Notes: a model not told the origin generated them from the sequence alone. Positions 19,874 through 31,480 are shown, counted from the first letter of the stretch. The stretch is DNA of 64,000 bases from an uncultured Spirochaetota bacterium (GCA_963820525.1 CAWGAA010000001.1:2656001-2720000), one strand, 5' to 3'. Numbers and translations: made by a program.

Positions 19874-22122
19874 CTACGGCTTGTCCAGTATCTCACGCAC
19901 CTTGGCGAGAAACTCACGGGAACTGAAAGGCTTCTGCATGAAGTCCACGCCTGAGTCGAGAATACCGTGACGCGAAATGGCATTCGCAGTATACCCGGAA
20001 ACATAAAAAACTCTCACCCCAGGGCACATCTCTTCGAGCTTGCGCGCGAGCTCCTTCCCGCTCATACGTGGCATCACGACATCGGTAACCAACAGCGAGA
20101 CCGTGAGACTGCGGCTGGATACTTCGGACAAGGCCTCCTCTCCTCCCGACGCCTCGATGACGACGTATCCTCCGTCCTCCAACACGCCCCGCGTGAACCT
20201 CCGAACCGCCTCGTCGTCCTCTACGAGCAGAATCGTTTCTCTTCCCTTAATGGCAGTCGTCCCGGGTGCCGTAACCGAGGCTTTCTCGGGTTCCTTAAAG
20301 GTCAGCGGAAGGTAGATCGTAAACGTCGTGCCTTTGCCCAGCTCGCTATAGCAGTTGATGTAGCCCTCGCTCTGCTTCACGATTCCATACACCATAGACA
20401 GTCCCAGGCCGGTCCCTTTTCCCTTTTCCTTGGTCGTGAAGAACGGCTCGAAGATGTGCAAAAAAGTCTCCGGGTCCATCCCGCGTCCCGTGTCGCTTAC
20501 GGCGATGCAGACATACCGCCCTTCTCTCGCACCCGGGTGCTCTCGAACGTAGGCCTCGTCAAATGCCCGGTTGGACGTCTCGATCGTGAGCTTCCCTCCC
20601 GACGGCATGGCGTCACGCGAATTGACCGCTAGGTTCAGGAGGATTTGCTCAATCTGACCAGGGTCTGCCAGGAGGTTGCCCGTGTCGGGGTCGATGAAAG
20701 TCCGTAATTCGATATCCTCCCCTATGACTCGCACGAGCATCTTCTCCATGGAGCGAACGAGTTCTTTCGTATTGACCACATGGGGTCTCAATACCTGCTT
20801 GCGGCTGAACGCCAGGAGTTGAGCGGTGAGAGTTGCAGCCTTTTGCGCCGCGCGCGCGATCTCTACGATATCCTTTCTCAATACACTTTTCTCGGGCAGT
20901 CTTTCCCTGAGGACACTCGCAGTAGCCGCCGATGACTTGGAGAATGTTGTTGAAGTCATGCGCGATCCCCCCCGCCAATCGTCCGATGGCCTCCATCTTC
21001 TGCGCCTGATTGAGCTTTTCTGCGAGGGACTTCTCTTCGGTTACGTTTCTGCCATAGAGGTTGATATACCCCGCAGCGGCAAACGGCACAACTGTGACGG
21101 CGTACGTCATCGAGCCCTCGCGAACTTCGATCTCCTGCCGTTCGCCAGATTCCCATGCGCGCGTGAGCGCCCGCAAATACTCTCCAGGGACACTCTTGCC
21201 ACCGCTGCGCGCCCAGGAAGAGGTTAGCGGCTCGCTCGCCTTGTTCGCATAGATGATCGATCCATCCGACGCCACCCGCATGACAGGGTGGGGGTCCTCG
21301 TCAGGAAATCGCGCGAGACTCAAAACGCGTTCCTCAGCATGTTTGCGCTCAGTGATGTCACGCGAGATGCCGAAGGTCCCTATGATGCTTCCCTTTTGAT
21401 CACGTAAGGGCATCTTGCTTGTCAAAACCCATGTGTCGGGGCGATCTGGCCACGTCTCCCTTTCTTCCACGTTCACAATGGGCTGACCCGTGCGAATGAT
21501 TCGCTGCTCATCTTCGTAGGCCTGTCGGGCGTGTTCCTCTGAAAAGAAATCCATGTCCGTCTTGCCAATCACCTTGGAGGCATCGCTCAGGCCGAATATC
21601 TTCGCATGCGCCTTACTGTTGCGGATGAAGCGGCTTTCGGTATCCTTGAAGTAGACATAGTCCGGGATGTTCTCCATCAAAGCACTGAGGAGACTGCGCT
21701 CCAGGGCCAGCTCGGACTCCGCGCGTTTACCGGTTCGTGATATCATGTGCAATCCCCTGCATTCTTCCGTCCGCGAGCCTTATCGTACCCATCTCAGCCG
21801 GGAAAATGGATCCGTCTTTCCTTTTCATGGGCCTCTCGAATCGCGTTCTCTCACCCGATTGGATCTGGGCAGTACGCGCATATATTTCTTCTCGCAGCTC
21901 AAGATACCATCTGCAGCCTGCTCTATAACTCGGTAGCGCTGTTCGCTTCTTCGCAACGTCTCCTGCGCCTCTTTGCGCTCCGTGATGTCACGAGTGATGC
22001 CGAGAAGCCCGGTCACCTCTTTACGGGCGTCAACAAGAGGGATCGTCGTCGTCAGGATTTATCTCAGCCCGCTCGACACCGATTTGGACTTCTCTCTTTG
22101 GCGCCTTTTCTCTGTTTGCCAT
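19874..22122 (-). pseudogene. Decayed multi-PAS hybrid histidine kinase (PAS-HisKA-HATPase-REC)
   Basis: One extra base at about 20915 splits [15 protein letters not shown] from VLRERLPEK; further broken PAS pieces in other frames at 21730-22040 (KRKDGSIFPAE...HDIT; GITRDITERK); probable original ATG at 22122. Confidence 0.85.
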
Positions 22123-22184
22123 GCATCCCTTCACGAATTAACTGCTAAATACTATTTCTAAATAATTATATTGGGCTGCCGGGC

Positions 22185-22850
22185 GTGGGGTCAATCCCCT
22201 TGGATGGGGTGAACAAGCTAGGAGAGAACAAGCTGCGGATCTCCGAGATCCCCGCCATTCGGGATGTCTTCATGAGGCAATTCGCCTTGAAGACGAAAGG
22301 CTACTACAACAGGAACCTCCTGGCCGGGACCTATGAAATGCAGCAGGAAGCCCTGGCCGGGGGAACCGCCGCCATGGCGTTCCAGGCCGATTGGATGCTG
22401 CCCGAGATTGCACGGAAGTTTCCCGATGCCGTGGATTCCATCGGGTTTTTTCCCCTCCCGTCCGACACCGACGAGGGGATCGCTTCGCTGTACCCCCCGA
22501 AGCAGATTTTCGTGTCGAAGAAGGGACCCAATGCCAAGTCCGCGCTGAGCCTCGCGCGCTACATGACACGGACCGATTCGCTGAATATCTGGTACAAATG
22601 GAACCCGGGCATCCCCGTTTACGCGACCGCCACAGCGAAGCTTTTCGCGGGACAAGAGGACATCAATGGGTACGTGAAGGCGGGCAAGGGAATCGTACAG
22701 ATACAATTGCTGACGACGGCGACGTATGTCCCCGATTACGACAAGATTTGCCAGGAGTTCCTGATCAGCGGCGACGCCGACCGGGCCGTCAGGATCATGG
22801 ACGAGCGCTATCGCCAGAACGGGAAGAGCAAGCAACTTCCGGGATTTTGA
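22185..22850 (+). pseudogene. C-terminal fragment of a sugar-type ABC solute-binding protein
   Basis: ALAGGTAAMAFQADW, IGFFPLP, IFVSKK motifs; no signal peptide or N-terminal half, no permease genes nearby. Confidence 0.65.
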
Positions 22851-22900
22851 GTGCTGCAGGGCGTGGTCGTACCAATTACCCAATCCGTCAATTCACCTCA

Positions 22901-24688
22901 TCACGTCTCCGCCCCGTACCAGAGCTTCCGCATCTCGACGCAGGTCTCGAGAAGCTCGTCCAGCTTTCCCATGGCCTCGATCCTTCCGTCCTTCATGACG
23001 ATGATCGAATCCGCGCGTCGAAGCGCCGGCTTCCTGTGCGAGACGACGAGACACGTCGTCGCCCTCCGCTCGAAGACGCGCTCCCAGAGCTTTGATTCGG
23101 TCTCCACGTCGAGAGCGCTGGAAAGGTCGTCGAAGACGAGGAGCTCGGGATCGCGGACGAACATCCTCGCCGCGGCCGCCCGCTGAAGCTGGCCGCCCGA
23201 GAGCTTCACGCCCTTCGGCCCGACTATGGTAGCGAGGCCTTCCTTCAGCCCGGCAAGGTCTTCTTCGAGCACGGCGAGCTTAATCGCCTCCCCAATGGAG
23301 GCGTCGTCTTTTCCCAACCCCATGAGGATGTTTTCACGAAGCGATTCGGAGAAGAGCCGGGGAACCTGCGCCGTGTAGGCGCATCTCGGGGGCACGAAAA
23401 AGGTATCAAGCGTATCGACCGGCTCTCCGTTCCAGAGAACCTTGCCCGCTTCCCGCGGAAGCAGGCCGAGGAGCACCCGGAGGGCCGTCGTCTTGCCCGA
23501 GCCGACGCGTCCGGTGAGCACGGTGAAGGAACCCCCCCCGATCTCGAAGCCCAGTTCCTCGATGCCCCGCCCGGTATCGGGATGATGATAGGTAAGGCTC
23601 GAGACCGTCAAACGCTCGAGCCGGTGCGCTTCGCACCTATCGGGATAGACGACGGGGGGGAGGTCTCCTTTGAGGTGGACCTCGGAAAACTCGATGAGCT
23701 CCTCCGGCCTGGCGTCGCCCATGAGCCGTTCCATCCTCTCCACCGAGACGCCGATCTGCTTGTACCTCGCCACGAGAAGGCCAATAAAGGTCGTCATCTC
23801 GCTGATGAACCCGAGATAGAAGGTAAAAAGCGAGAAATCCCCCACGGTAAAGGTTTTGTCCCCTATGGCTTTCGCGGACAGGATGAGCACGATACCGGTC
23901 CCAATGTTCGCTGCATTATTGAAGATCGAGTTGAGCATTTCGTTGAAAAGCCGGTCCTTGAGAGACGTAACTCGACGCTCCTCATTGATCTCGCGGAAAC
24001 GCCCTACGACGCCCTTCTCCGCCGCAGCCACCTTGATCGCCTGCACCGCCCCGAAGATCTCCCCGATGAAGCCGGTTACCTTGCCCGCCGCCTTCCTGCT
24101 CGCTTTACGGAACTGCTCGAACTTCGATGTGGCGAGGAAGGAGACGGCAGCGACCGCGAAGAAGGGCAGGATGGAAACGATCGTGATGAAGGGATTGATC
24201 GTGAACATCAGGACGAGCGCCGCGATACCGGCGAGGACATAGGCTGTGATATCGTTCATCCAGAGGGCGAAGAGGGGGATCTCGAAAACGTCGCCAAGGA
24301 AACGGCTGATGGCCTCCCCCGGGGAATCGGGCAGAGCCTTCGCACCTGGCCGCTTGAGGATCCGGCTGAGGAGGTTCTTCCGCAGAAGGGTCATCGTGTA
24401 AACCCAGAAGGGCACGTTCGTCTTGATTGCTCCGAGGATCCCCATGACCCCTCCGATCTCGCTCACGAAAAGGAGGGCAACGAGGGTCCAGAGGTTGAAG
24501 CCCACTTTCGCCTCACCGGTGACGAGATTGAAGAACTCGCGCGAGATGACGCCGGGCATCATGAAGAAGAACATGAGGAAGAGGAGTGAAAGAGTGTTGA
24601 GGAGCCAGAGCCGCGGCCGGAAGCGGATCGTCGCGAGGATCACCTTCCACGCGGGCAGCGACCCATTATTCTTCGATTCGCTGCTCAT
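22901..24688 (-). CDS. ABC exporter, fused TMD-NBD (heterodimer partner with non-canonical Walker B)
   Basis: Multi-TM N-terminal half, [31 protein letters not shown]-coupled to the upstream ABC gene. Confidence 0.92.
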   Translation of the reverse strand: MSSESKNNGSLPAWKVILATIRFRPRLWLLNTLSLLFLMFFFMMPGVISREFFNLVTGEAKVGFNLWTLVALLFVSEIGGVMGILGAIKTNVPFWVYTMTLLRKNLLSRILKRPGAKALPDSPGEAISRFLGDVFEIPLFALWMNDITAYVLAGIAALVLMFTINPFITIVSILPFFAVAAVSFLATSKFEQFRKASRKAAGKVTGFIGEIFGAVQAIKVAAAEKGVVGRFREINEERRVTSLKDRLFNEMLNSIFNNAANIGTGIVLILSAKAIGDKTFTVGDFSLFTFYLGFISEMTTFIGLLVARYKQIGVSVERMERLMGDARPEELIEFSEVHLKGDLPPVVYPDRCEAHRLERLTVSSLTYHHPDTGRGIEELGFEIGGGSFTVLTGRVGSGKTTALRVLLGLLPREAGKVLWNGEPVDTLDTFFVPPRCAYTAQVPRLFSESLRENILMGLGKDDASIGEAIKLAVLEEDLAGLKEGLATIVGPKGVKLSGGQLQRAAAARMFVRDPELLVFDDLSSALDVETESKLWERVFERRATTCLVVSHRKPALRRADSIIVMKDGRIEAMGKLDELLETCVEMRKLWYGAET

Positions 24689-26448
24689 ACGAGAACCTCT
24701 TCCATGCCCGTCGTGAGGAGAGTGGAGAATCTCGAGACCGCATCCGCAGCTAAAACGGTCCGTTTTCCATACTCGGCTACCCGCCCCTTTTCGAGGATGA
24801 GGATGTCGTCCGCTCTTGCCACCGTGCCCAGGCGGTGGGCAATGACTATGGCCGATCGGTTGTGCAGCAATTTGTCCACCGCACGCTCGATCAGCCGCTC
24901 AGTCGCCGGGTCCAGGCGCGAGGAGGCTTCGTCGAGGATGACCAGGCCGGGGTTTCTCAAGAATACCCTTGTGAAGGCGAGGAGTTGAGCTTCCCCCGCG
25001 GAGAGGCTCCTGCCTCCGGTCTCGAGCTTCGTGTCGAGCCCGTCGGGAAGTCCCGCGAGCCAATCGGAGAGCTCGAGCGTTCCGATCGCCCCTATGATCG
25101 CGGCGTCTGGAAAGCTCCGGTCGAAGAAAGTGATGTTGTCCCTGACCGTTCCCTGAAAGAGCTGGACATCCTGGGTCACCAGGGCGACTCGCTGGCGAAG
25201 ATCGGCGATCCGTGTATCAGCAAGGGGAATCCCCTCGAGGAGAATGCGCCCCTTCGAGGGCTCGTAAAGGCGGAAGATGAGGCGGGCAATTGTCGTCTTG
25301 CCGCTCCCCGTGCGTCCGAGGACCCCCAGGATATCCCCGTGCGGAAGGGAAAATCTCACGTCCTCGAGGACGGGCTCGTCCGCTATGTAGGAAAAACATA
25401 CCGATTCGAAATCGAGGCTGAGAGGTCTGTCCGGGGGCAGGGCAGGGCCGCGGCCATCGTCGATGGCCGGCGTGACCGCCTTGAGCTCTCGGATCCGCTC
25501 GACGCTTGCTCCGACGCTCTGAAGGCTGTCGATCTGCTGAGAGAGCTCGCGGATCGGCCGCGAGAGGAGGCCGATGTAGTAGATGAGGAGGAAGACGGTC
25601 CCCACCGTCATCATGCCCGCCCGATAGAGATGAAAGCCGGCGATAAAAGCGGCGGCGAACCCGAGGGTCAGCACCACACCGGCGATGAGACGAATCCACA
25701 AGTGCATCATCGCCGTATGCTTCCAGAGTCCGAGGATTTTCCGATGAACCCTGTAAAGCCCGTTCAAGACATGGGCGACCGCCCCGCAGGAACGGATGTC
25801 CTCGGTGCCCGCCAACCGCTCCTCGAGGAACCCGGAGAGATCGGTTGTCGCTTCCCTGAGAAGCTTCTCCGGCCCTACGGCGATGTTTTTCAGAAAGGCG
25901 AGGCTGGCGAGGGTGACCGCGGCGAAAAATGTAAACATCCCGCCGATCGCAGGATTCTCGAGGTAAAGAACGCCGAGGATGCCTGCCATGAGCAGAATAT
26001 TCGCGAGGATTCGAACAACGAGCTGGGAGAAAAAGTTGGAGAACTCGGCGACGTCGCCGTCGATGCGCTGGATGAGCTCGCCCGGCGTCGTGTTGTTGTG
26101 GTATCTCATGTCCAGGGACATGCAATGCTCGGCGAGGTCCGCGCGAAGCTCATTGGTCGCCTTCCATGCGAGGTTTTCCCCGACATATGCGGCGCCCACC
26201 GCGAAGACCTGCTGGAGCAAGGCTATGAGAATGAAGAGCACCGCCGAGAGTGCAAGGACGTGCCAAGCCTTTCCCGCGAGCGCGCCATCGATGACCGTGC
26301 GCATGATCTGCGGGTTGCCGAGCTGGAGAGCGATCCCGCTGAATATGAGGAAGGCCAGGAGAACGAAAGCAGGCTTCCGCTTCTTGAGGTACTTTGAAAG
26401 AATATCCCAATAGCCCCGGAAGGGTATTCTCGGACTTTTTTTCTTCGT
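24685..26448 (-). CDS. ABC exporter, fused TMD-NBD; apparent ACG start
   Basis: [27 protein letters not shown]; frame stays open 48 codons upstream of ATG 26304, giving the elbow helix and first TM. Confidence 0.85.
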   Translation of the reverse strand, partial: TKKKSPRIPFRGYWDILSKYLKKRKPAFVLLAFLIFSGIALQLGNPQIMRTVIDGALAGKAWHVLALSAVLFILIALLQQVFAVGAAYVGENLAWKATNELRADLAEHCMSLDMRYHNNTTPGELIQRIDGDVAEFSNFFSQLVVRILANILLMAGILGVLYLENPAIGGMFTFFAAVTLASLAFLKNIAVGPEKLLREATTDLSGFLEERLAGTEDIRSCGAVAHVLNGLYRVHRKILGLWKHTAMMHLWIRLIAGVVLTLGFAAAFIAGFHLYRAGMMTVGTVFLLIYYIGLLSRPIRELSQQIDSLQSVGASVERIRELKAVTPAIDDGRGPALPPDRPLSLDFESVCFSYIADEPVLEDVRFSLPHGDILGVLGRTGSGKTTIARLIFRLYEPSKGRILLEGIPLADTRIADLRQRVALVTQDVQLFQGTVRDNITFFDRSFPDAAIIGAIGTLELSDWLAGLPDGLDTKLETGGRSLSAGEAQLLAFTRVFLRNPGLVILDEASSRLDPATERLIERAVDKLLHNRSAIVIAHRLGTVARADDILILEKGRVAEYGKRTVLAADAVSRFSTLLTTGMEEVLV

Positions 26449-26473
26449 ACTTCCCTCAGGCGACGCGGTGACT

Positions 26474-26502
26474 ACTCTATCCCCGCCCTACGGCGGCGTC
26501 AA
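26474..26502 (-). promoter_or_regulatory. Sigma-70 promoter for the ABC pair
   Basis: TTGACG-N17-TAGAGT, followed by SD-like GAGGG. Confidence 0.65.
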
Positions 26503-26621
26503 GAGTTCGACATGTTCGATTTTAAGTGCCGAGTGCCGCAGGGCATGGTCACTAAGGAGTTGTTCACTCTGATTGATATTGCGTGGATCGAATTCCGCCT
26601 CTCCGCCCTCGACCCCGGTGC

Positions 26622-26960
26622 TTAGAGCTCCTTGGCCGTCACGTTTATATCGGGCAGCAGGATGTACGGCAGATTGAAATTGTTGTACACCCATGCCGTC
26701 TCCCGGCTGACCGCGCCGACATTCGTGAGCACATCGTAGATGTTGCCCGCGATGGCGGCGTTCTTCACCCGACCGGCGATTTCGCCCTTCTCGATCTTGA
26801 ATGCCAGACCCAGGGGGTTGGAGAATGCCCCCGATATGACATTGCCCTGACCCATGCCGACCACGTACTCCACCAGCAGGCCTTCGTCGATTCCTGAAAT
26901 TATTTCGGCAAGCGATACGATGCCGGGCTCCGCCGATCTTGGCACCAGCCTGTCACGCCT
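26622..26960 (-). pseudogene. C-terminal fragment of a TldD/PmbA-family protein
   Basis: IISGIDEGLLVE, GNVISGAFS, AFKIEKGEIAGRVKNAAIAGNIYDVL; most of the N-terminal part is missing. Confidence 0.78.
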
Positions 26961-27030
26961 CGACTGTGATGTTTGTTTCCCTATTGTTCGGCATCCGTTG
27001 TGTGAGCCTGGAAAGGAGCGAGTCAGGCCT

Positions 27031-27666
27031 TCACAGACTGGATTTCTCTCCATTACCCTTCTGATTGCGGCAATGGGCAGCCCGAGTAGCGAGGAGGTGC
27101 GCCAGTCGGAGCGGCTCAGGCACGCGACTCGCGCGGATGCATGCCATGACCAGCCGTTCGGCGTCAGCCAGCTCCAGCAGGCAGCCGACGCTGACAAAGA
27201 TGGGCCGCGTTCCGGTTCGCGTGCGTAGCACCGTGCCGATCCGTTCTCCGCGATCGATCAGCGCGCTCCGCGATCCCGAAGCTTCGCCAGGGTCCTTGTA
27301 TTCGCCGATCAGCCGGCTCTTGGCGCAGCCGATCGTCGGGAGATCCATGGCCTTCCCCAGGTGGCAGGCGAGGCCGAATCGCAGGGGATGGGCAACCCCA
27401 TGTCCGTCGCAGAGAAGGACATCGGGAGTGCGGCTCAGGTGGCTCAGTGCTTCCAGCAGGCCCGGCAGTTCGCGCAGCGCCAGGAGGCCAGGCACATAGG
27501 GGAAGGAGACCCGGCTTTCCACGACCGCCTGTGCCCTCACGACGCCGGCCCCCAGGTCCCAGAGCACCGCCGCTGCCCAGCACCTGCCGGCGGATGTGCC
27601 GTCAGCGCCTTCGGTTTCTGCGGAATCGTAAGCTGCATCCAGGCCGGCGACGAGAGAGGCATCCAT
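27031..27666 (-). CDS. nfi: Endonuclease V
   Basis: VAGLDAAY, FPYVPGLLALRE wedge, LCDGHGVAHP, GLACHLG, PTIGCAKS, PEPLRLAH; N-terminus short. Confidence 0.9.
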   Translation of the reverse strand: MDASLVAGLDAAYDSAETEGADGTSAGRCWAAAVLWDLGAGVVRAQAVVESRVSFPYVPGLLALRELPGLLEALSHLSRTPDVLLCDGHGVAHPLRFGLACHLGKAMDLPTIGCAKSRLIGEYKDPGEASGSRSALIDRGERIGTVLRTRTGTRPIFVSVGCLLELADAERLVMACIRASRVPEPLRLAHLLATRAAHCRNQKGNGEKSSL

Positions 27667-27670
27667 ACGA

Positions 27671-28384
27671 TCAGGGTCCTGCACCGAGCAGTCCGGTAAA
27701 AGTCCGGGCATCATCAAGCATCGTTGCGTTGTTGAAGAGCACCAGCGCCCGTCGACCCTCGACGAGCGTACTGAGTCGGGTAAGCTCTTCGCCGGAGTAG
27801 TGATGGCTGTAGTGTACCCCGCCGTGCAGCCGCAGATACCAGGATTCCCCCCAGAGCGGGGTCCGCACCAGGGGATCCGTGCAGTGCAGGAGTCCAAGTT
27901 CCTTGCAGATGACGCGCACGGTATCCTCTGCCCAATCGCCCCGGGGTTCCCAGGCCATGAGAAACTGGCCCCGTTGGATGTCATCGAAGAACCGACGGAG
28001 GTTCCATACGTTTTCCTCGGTCTCAGAGAAGCTGGCCGGGCACTGGAACAACACGACCCTGCTGGCGAGCGCCTGGGCGATGGCCGCGGTCTGTTCCCAT
28101 GCCTCGCGCACTTCGTCAGTCGGCCGGAAGAAGCCGTAGTGATCCCTTTCCTCTTCAGCAATCGCCAGGCCGGATCTCCGATAGGTTGGGCTCGAAGGAG
28201 GATGCGTTATGAGCTGCGAGGCCTTCATTGTGAACGTGAAATCTTCGGGCGCTTCCCGGCGCCAGCGCAGGGCTGTCTGGAGACGCGGCAGCTTGTAGAA
28301 TGTCTGCTGTATCTCGACCAGAGGGAAGCTTCGGTAGTACTCCGCTTGAGCGCACGGGAACCCACAGCATCCGATGAGGATCAC
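27671..28384 (-). CDS. DUF72-family protein
   Basis: IGCCGF, VEIQQTFY, FTMKASQLITH, LFQCPASF, WEPRG, YLRLHG, LFNN. Confidence 0.9.
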   Translation of the reverse strand: MILIGCCGFPCAQAEYYRSFPLVEIQQTFYKLPRLQTALRWRREAPEDFTFTMKASQLITHPPSSPTYRRSGLAIAEEERDHYGFFRPTDEVREAWEQTAAIAQALASRVVLFQCPASFSETEENVWNLRRFFDDIQRGQFLMAWEPRGDWAEDTVRVICKELGLLHCTDPLVRTPLWGESWYLRLHGGVHYSHHYSGEELTRLSTLVEGRRALVLFNNATMLDDARTFTGLLGAGP

Positions 28385-28412
28385 AGCTTTCGGCCCTCGC
28401 CAGGAAGCTTGT

Positions 28413-28960
28413 TCATGGGCCGCCGGTGAAACTCTTTGTATAGCCAAAAAGGCGCTTGGCCAATAAAGGTTTGAAGAACAAATCGCTCCAGAAACCGAAT
28501 TTCCATGGAGCCAGGGCCTTGCGGATGAACTCGCGGTCGATTTTGTCGGTCAGGGGCCGGCATTGTCCTGCGACATCGCTCGCCAGATCCAGTTGAATGT
28601 CCGGGAATAGCGCTGGTTGGGCGGAAGTGAAATCGAAGTCGTCGAAATCCATATACCTGATCCGTTGGGCTTTGACCGAGCGGAAATACATCCTGCCCCT
28701 GGTGAGATCGCAGACTACCCTCCATTGGTTGTTGCCGCAATTGAGCTCGGTAAGGATGGTGAAGGCGCAAGTCGCTGGATCCGTCCCGCCGGAGGAGCTA
28801 CGGTTCCGACGCGCAGCCAATCCTTCATCCCCCCTCTCATGCCGAGTATAGCCAACAGCTCGTCGCGGGGAAACTGGTGGTTTATATCACGCAGCTTGTG
28901 ACCATCGGTGGAATGAACCACGCCATGAAGCTCGCCCCGTCTCCATTCGAGTAAGACGCG
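28413..28960 (-). pseudogene. Degraded C-terminal remnant of a linear amide C-N hydrolase (choloylglycine hydrolase/penicillin V acylase-like)
   Basis: AFTIL...QWRVVCDLTRGRMYFRS...IRYMDFDDFDF resembles that family's C-terminus; no N-terminal nucleophile region. Confidence 0.5.
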
Positions 28961-29070
28961 AGAACTGAAGGTGGGCGCCGCGGCAGGCGGGCCTTCGCTT
29001 TACAGCAAGCGGCGGGCAGCCGTCCAAAAGCCCGGCCGTGCGCCGCGTCAAAGGTTTCGACAGTCTTTGC

Positions 29071-29460
29071 CTATGCCTTCTTGTGCGCCGACTTTCTCTC
29101 GTCGATATCGTCAGGGTACGCCAGGGCTTCACCGCCCCGCTCCCCGGTTCTGATGCGCACCACATCGTGCACGGGGTAGGTGAATATGATTCCGTCCCCC
29201 TCGCTACCCGTGCGCGCGGCCCTGGTTATTGTCTCGATGGTTTTTTCCAGGTTCCGCTCGCTCAAGACGATGTTGAGCTGCAGCTTGGGAATCATGTCCA
29301 TGTGGTACGAGGTGCCTCTCCACGACAGCTCTATCCCTCCCTGGCGGCCGTGCCCGCGGATCTCGAAGACGTTCATTCCGACAATGCCGATATCGTGCAG
29401 GGCATCCTTGACGGCGTCCAGCGCCTCTTCCCTGATGATCGCTTCAATCTTGAAAATCAT
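29071..29460 (-). CDS. glnK: P-II nitrogen regulatory protein (GlnK-like) with C-terminal extension
   Basis: KIEAIIR, GHGRQGG, RGTSY, ARTGSEGDG, VRIRTGERG; directly downstream of amtB. Confidence 0.9.
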   Translation of the reverse strand: MIFKIEAIIREEALDAVKDALHDIGIVGMNVFEIRGHGRQGGIELSWRGTSYHMDMIPKLQLNIVLSERNLEKTIETITRAARTGSEGDGIIFTYPVHDVVRIRTGERGGEALAYPDDIDERKSAHKKA

Positions 29461-29471
29461 GGTTTTCTCCT

Positions 29472-31160
29472 TCACCTCTCACCACGGGCTTTTGCTGGAT
29501 CAGCCGGCCGGCCGGCATCCGCAAATCGCTTCCCATTTCCGTCATGTCCAGATCTCACCACGGGCATCTGCTGTGTCAGCCGGCCGCCCGGCATCCGCAA
29601 ATCGACGCTGGAGTATCCCGGCGCTCCCATTTCCGGCATGTCGAGGCCCATGATTTCGTACTGAGGCTTCACGCGAAGCAGCCCCATGGCGTTGAGCACT
29701 CTGAAGAACACGTAGGACAGGCCGAAGACGAACACGAGGATCGCCGCGCCTTCAAGGAGCTGCGCTGCAAGCTGGGACGCGTTTCCCGTGACCAGCCCGC
29801 GCACCGTACCATCCATCCCGTTCCAACCCGCGGACGCGGCGTTGCCGTTGGCGAAGATCCCCACGGAAACGATTCCCCAGAAGCCGTTCAGGAAATGCAC
29901 AGGCACGGCCCCCACGGGATCGTCAATGCGCGCCTTTTCCAGCACGGAGGCCCCGATGCAGACAAGCACGCCGGCAATGGTGCCGATGACAGCCGCGGAG
30001 ACCGAGCTCACGAACGCGCACGGAGCCGTGATGGCAACCAGACCCGCAAGGATCCCGTTGACCGACATGGCAGGGTCCGGCTTTTTGGTCGGGCCGAATA
30101 GCCACATAGAGAGCATGGAGGCGCAGCCCCCCATGGCGCCTGCGATGAGGGTATTCACTGCCGCGTTGGTTGCCAGCATCCCCCCGCTGCCCACGAAGGC
30201 GAGCGACGAGCCGGGGTTGAAGCCGAACCAGCCGAAGAACAAGATGATCGTCCCCAGAACGCCCATTGGGATATTGTGCCCGGGGAGCGCGTTTGCCGAA
30301 CCGTCGGCATTGAAGCGTCCGATCCGGGGCCCCAGAACGATCGCGCCCGCAAGCGCAATCGAGCCGCCGATCATGTGCACCACGCCGGAGCCTGCGAAAT
30401 CCACGGCGCCGTTTCCAAGCCCGGCAAGCCGGCCCAGGTTCTGCAGCCAGCCGCCACCCCACACCCATCCGCCCACAAGCGGGTAGACGACCATGCTCAC
30501 CCACAGGCCCATGATGCAGAACCCGCTGAACTTCAGCCGCTCTGCCATCGCTCCGGTCGGGATTGTCGCTGCGGTGTCCATGAACACCATCTGGAACAGG
30601 AAGAAGGCGAGGACACCGCTGTTCAACCCGATTCCCAGGAGCATGAACCCGCTCCCGCCAAGGACTCCAACCTGCCCGAAGCGCAGCAGAGGCCGCGCCA
30701 GGAGCCCTGCCCAGTCACCGAGGGTGGTAGGAGAATGCGCCCACTCTCCAGCCAGGGCGCCGGATGTCGAAACCGCCGGGTAGGCGGCGTTGACCGCGCC
30801 GAATTGGAACGCAAACCCCACGAGCCAGAAACCGAATGCGCCGATGCAGAACACCATCATATTCATCATCATCGTGTGCGCGACATTCTTGGTCCTGGTA
30901 AACCCCGTCTCCACCAGCGCGAAACCGGCCTGCATGAAGAAGACCAGGAATCCCGCTATGAGCATCCACATGATGTTGATGGAGTCAGTGGCCCCCTTGG
31001 CCGCCGAGGCCACGGAATCGAGCGTTGCATCTGCGGTATTCTGCGCGAAAATCGCGGGAGCCAGAAACATCATTACGAACGCCAGAAGCGGCGGCGCGAG
31101 CTTTCGAAGCAGGCTTCTCCGGGTTCTGTTCCCGGGACCTAAGTTAACATCCCTGTTCAT
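29472..31160 (-). CDS. amtB: Ammonium transporter
   Basis: FMQAGFALVETG, GAMAER, DFAGSGVVH, WFGFNPGS, NGILAGLVAITA, DDPVGAVPVH; signal peptide; AGGAG SD. Confidence 0.96.
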   Translation of the reverse strand: MNRDVNLGPGNRTRRSLLRKLAPPLLAFVMMFLAPAIFAQNTADATLDSVASAAKGATDSINIMWMLIAGFLVFFMQAGFALVETGFTRTKNVAHTMMMNMMVFCIGAFGFWLVGFAFQFGAVNAAYPAVSTSGALAGEWAHSPTTLGDWAGLLARPLLRFGQVGVLGGSGFMLLGIGLNSGVLAFFLFQMVFMDTAATIPTGAMAERLKFSGFCIMGLWVSMVVYPLVGGWVWGGGWLQNLGRLAGLGNGAVDFAGSGVVHMIGGSIALAGAIVLGPRIGRFNADGSANALPGHNIPMGVLGTIILFFGWFGFNPGSSLAFVGSGGMLATNAAVNTLIAGAMGGCASMLSMWLFGPTKKPDPAMSVNGILAGLVAITAPCAFVSSVSAAVIGTIAGVLVCIGASVLEKARIDDPVGAVPVHFLNGFWGIVSVGIFANGNAASAGWNGMDGTVRGLVTGNASQLAAQLLEGAAILVFVFGLSYVFFRVLNAMGLLRVKPQYEIMGLDMPEMGAPGYSSVDLRMPGGRLTQQMPVVRSGHDGNGKRFADAGRPADPAKARGER

Positions 31161-31206
31161 AGTAACCTCCTACTCCTTTTCCCCCCGAAAAGGATGCGGA
31201 GGATAA

Positions 31207-31223
31207 AGCAATCGGCGTGCCAA
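31207..31223 (-). promoter_or_regulatory. Sigma-54 (-24/-12) promoter of amtB-glnK
   Basis: TTGGCACG-CCGA-TTGCT, matching the consensus TGGCACG-N4-TTGC. Confidence 0.88.
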
Positions 31224-31480
31224 GAGGGCATGGGGCACCTGCGCTGACGTGGGCCCCGGGACTGGAAGCCCTGTTTCCATGGGATCTTACTGGGTTTTTT
31301 CAGGGCAAGAGCTGAAAAGCACCCGCAATCAGGGAAGGGAACAGTCGATAATGAAGCCACTATTTTCCTACATATGGTAGCCCAAATACCAACTTATTAC
31401 TTAGATGTAGCTTTGCTGAATTTCCTTGAAATTACTCTATCTTCTAATATTATAACATTTCATTTGGGAATTAGAATAAT

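Noticed and set aside
20905..20925. Programmed frameshift in the PAS kinase
   Set aside because: No slippery sequence, and several other lesions upstream indicate decay
26504..26520. gttcgacatgttcga as an SOS box
   Set aside because: Does not fit GAAC-N4-GTTC or GTTC-N7-GTTC spacing and is not upstream of a repair gene
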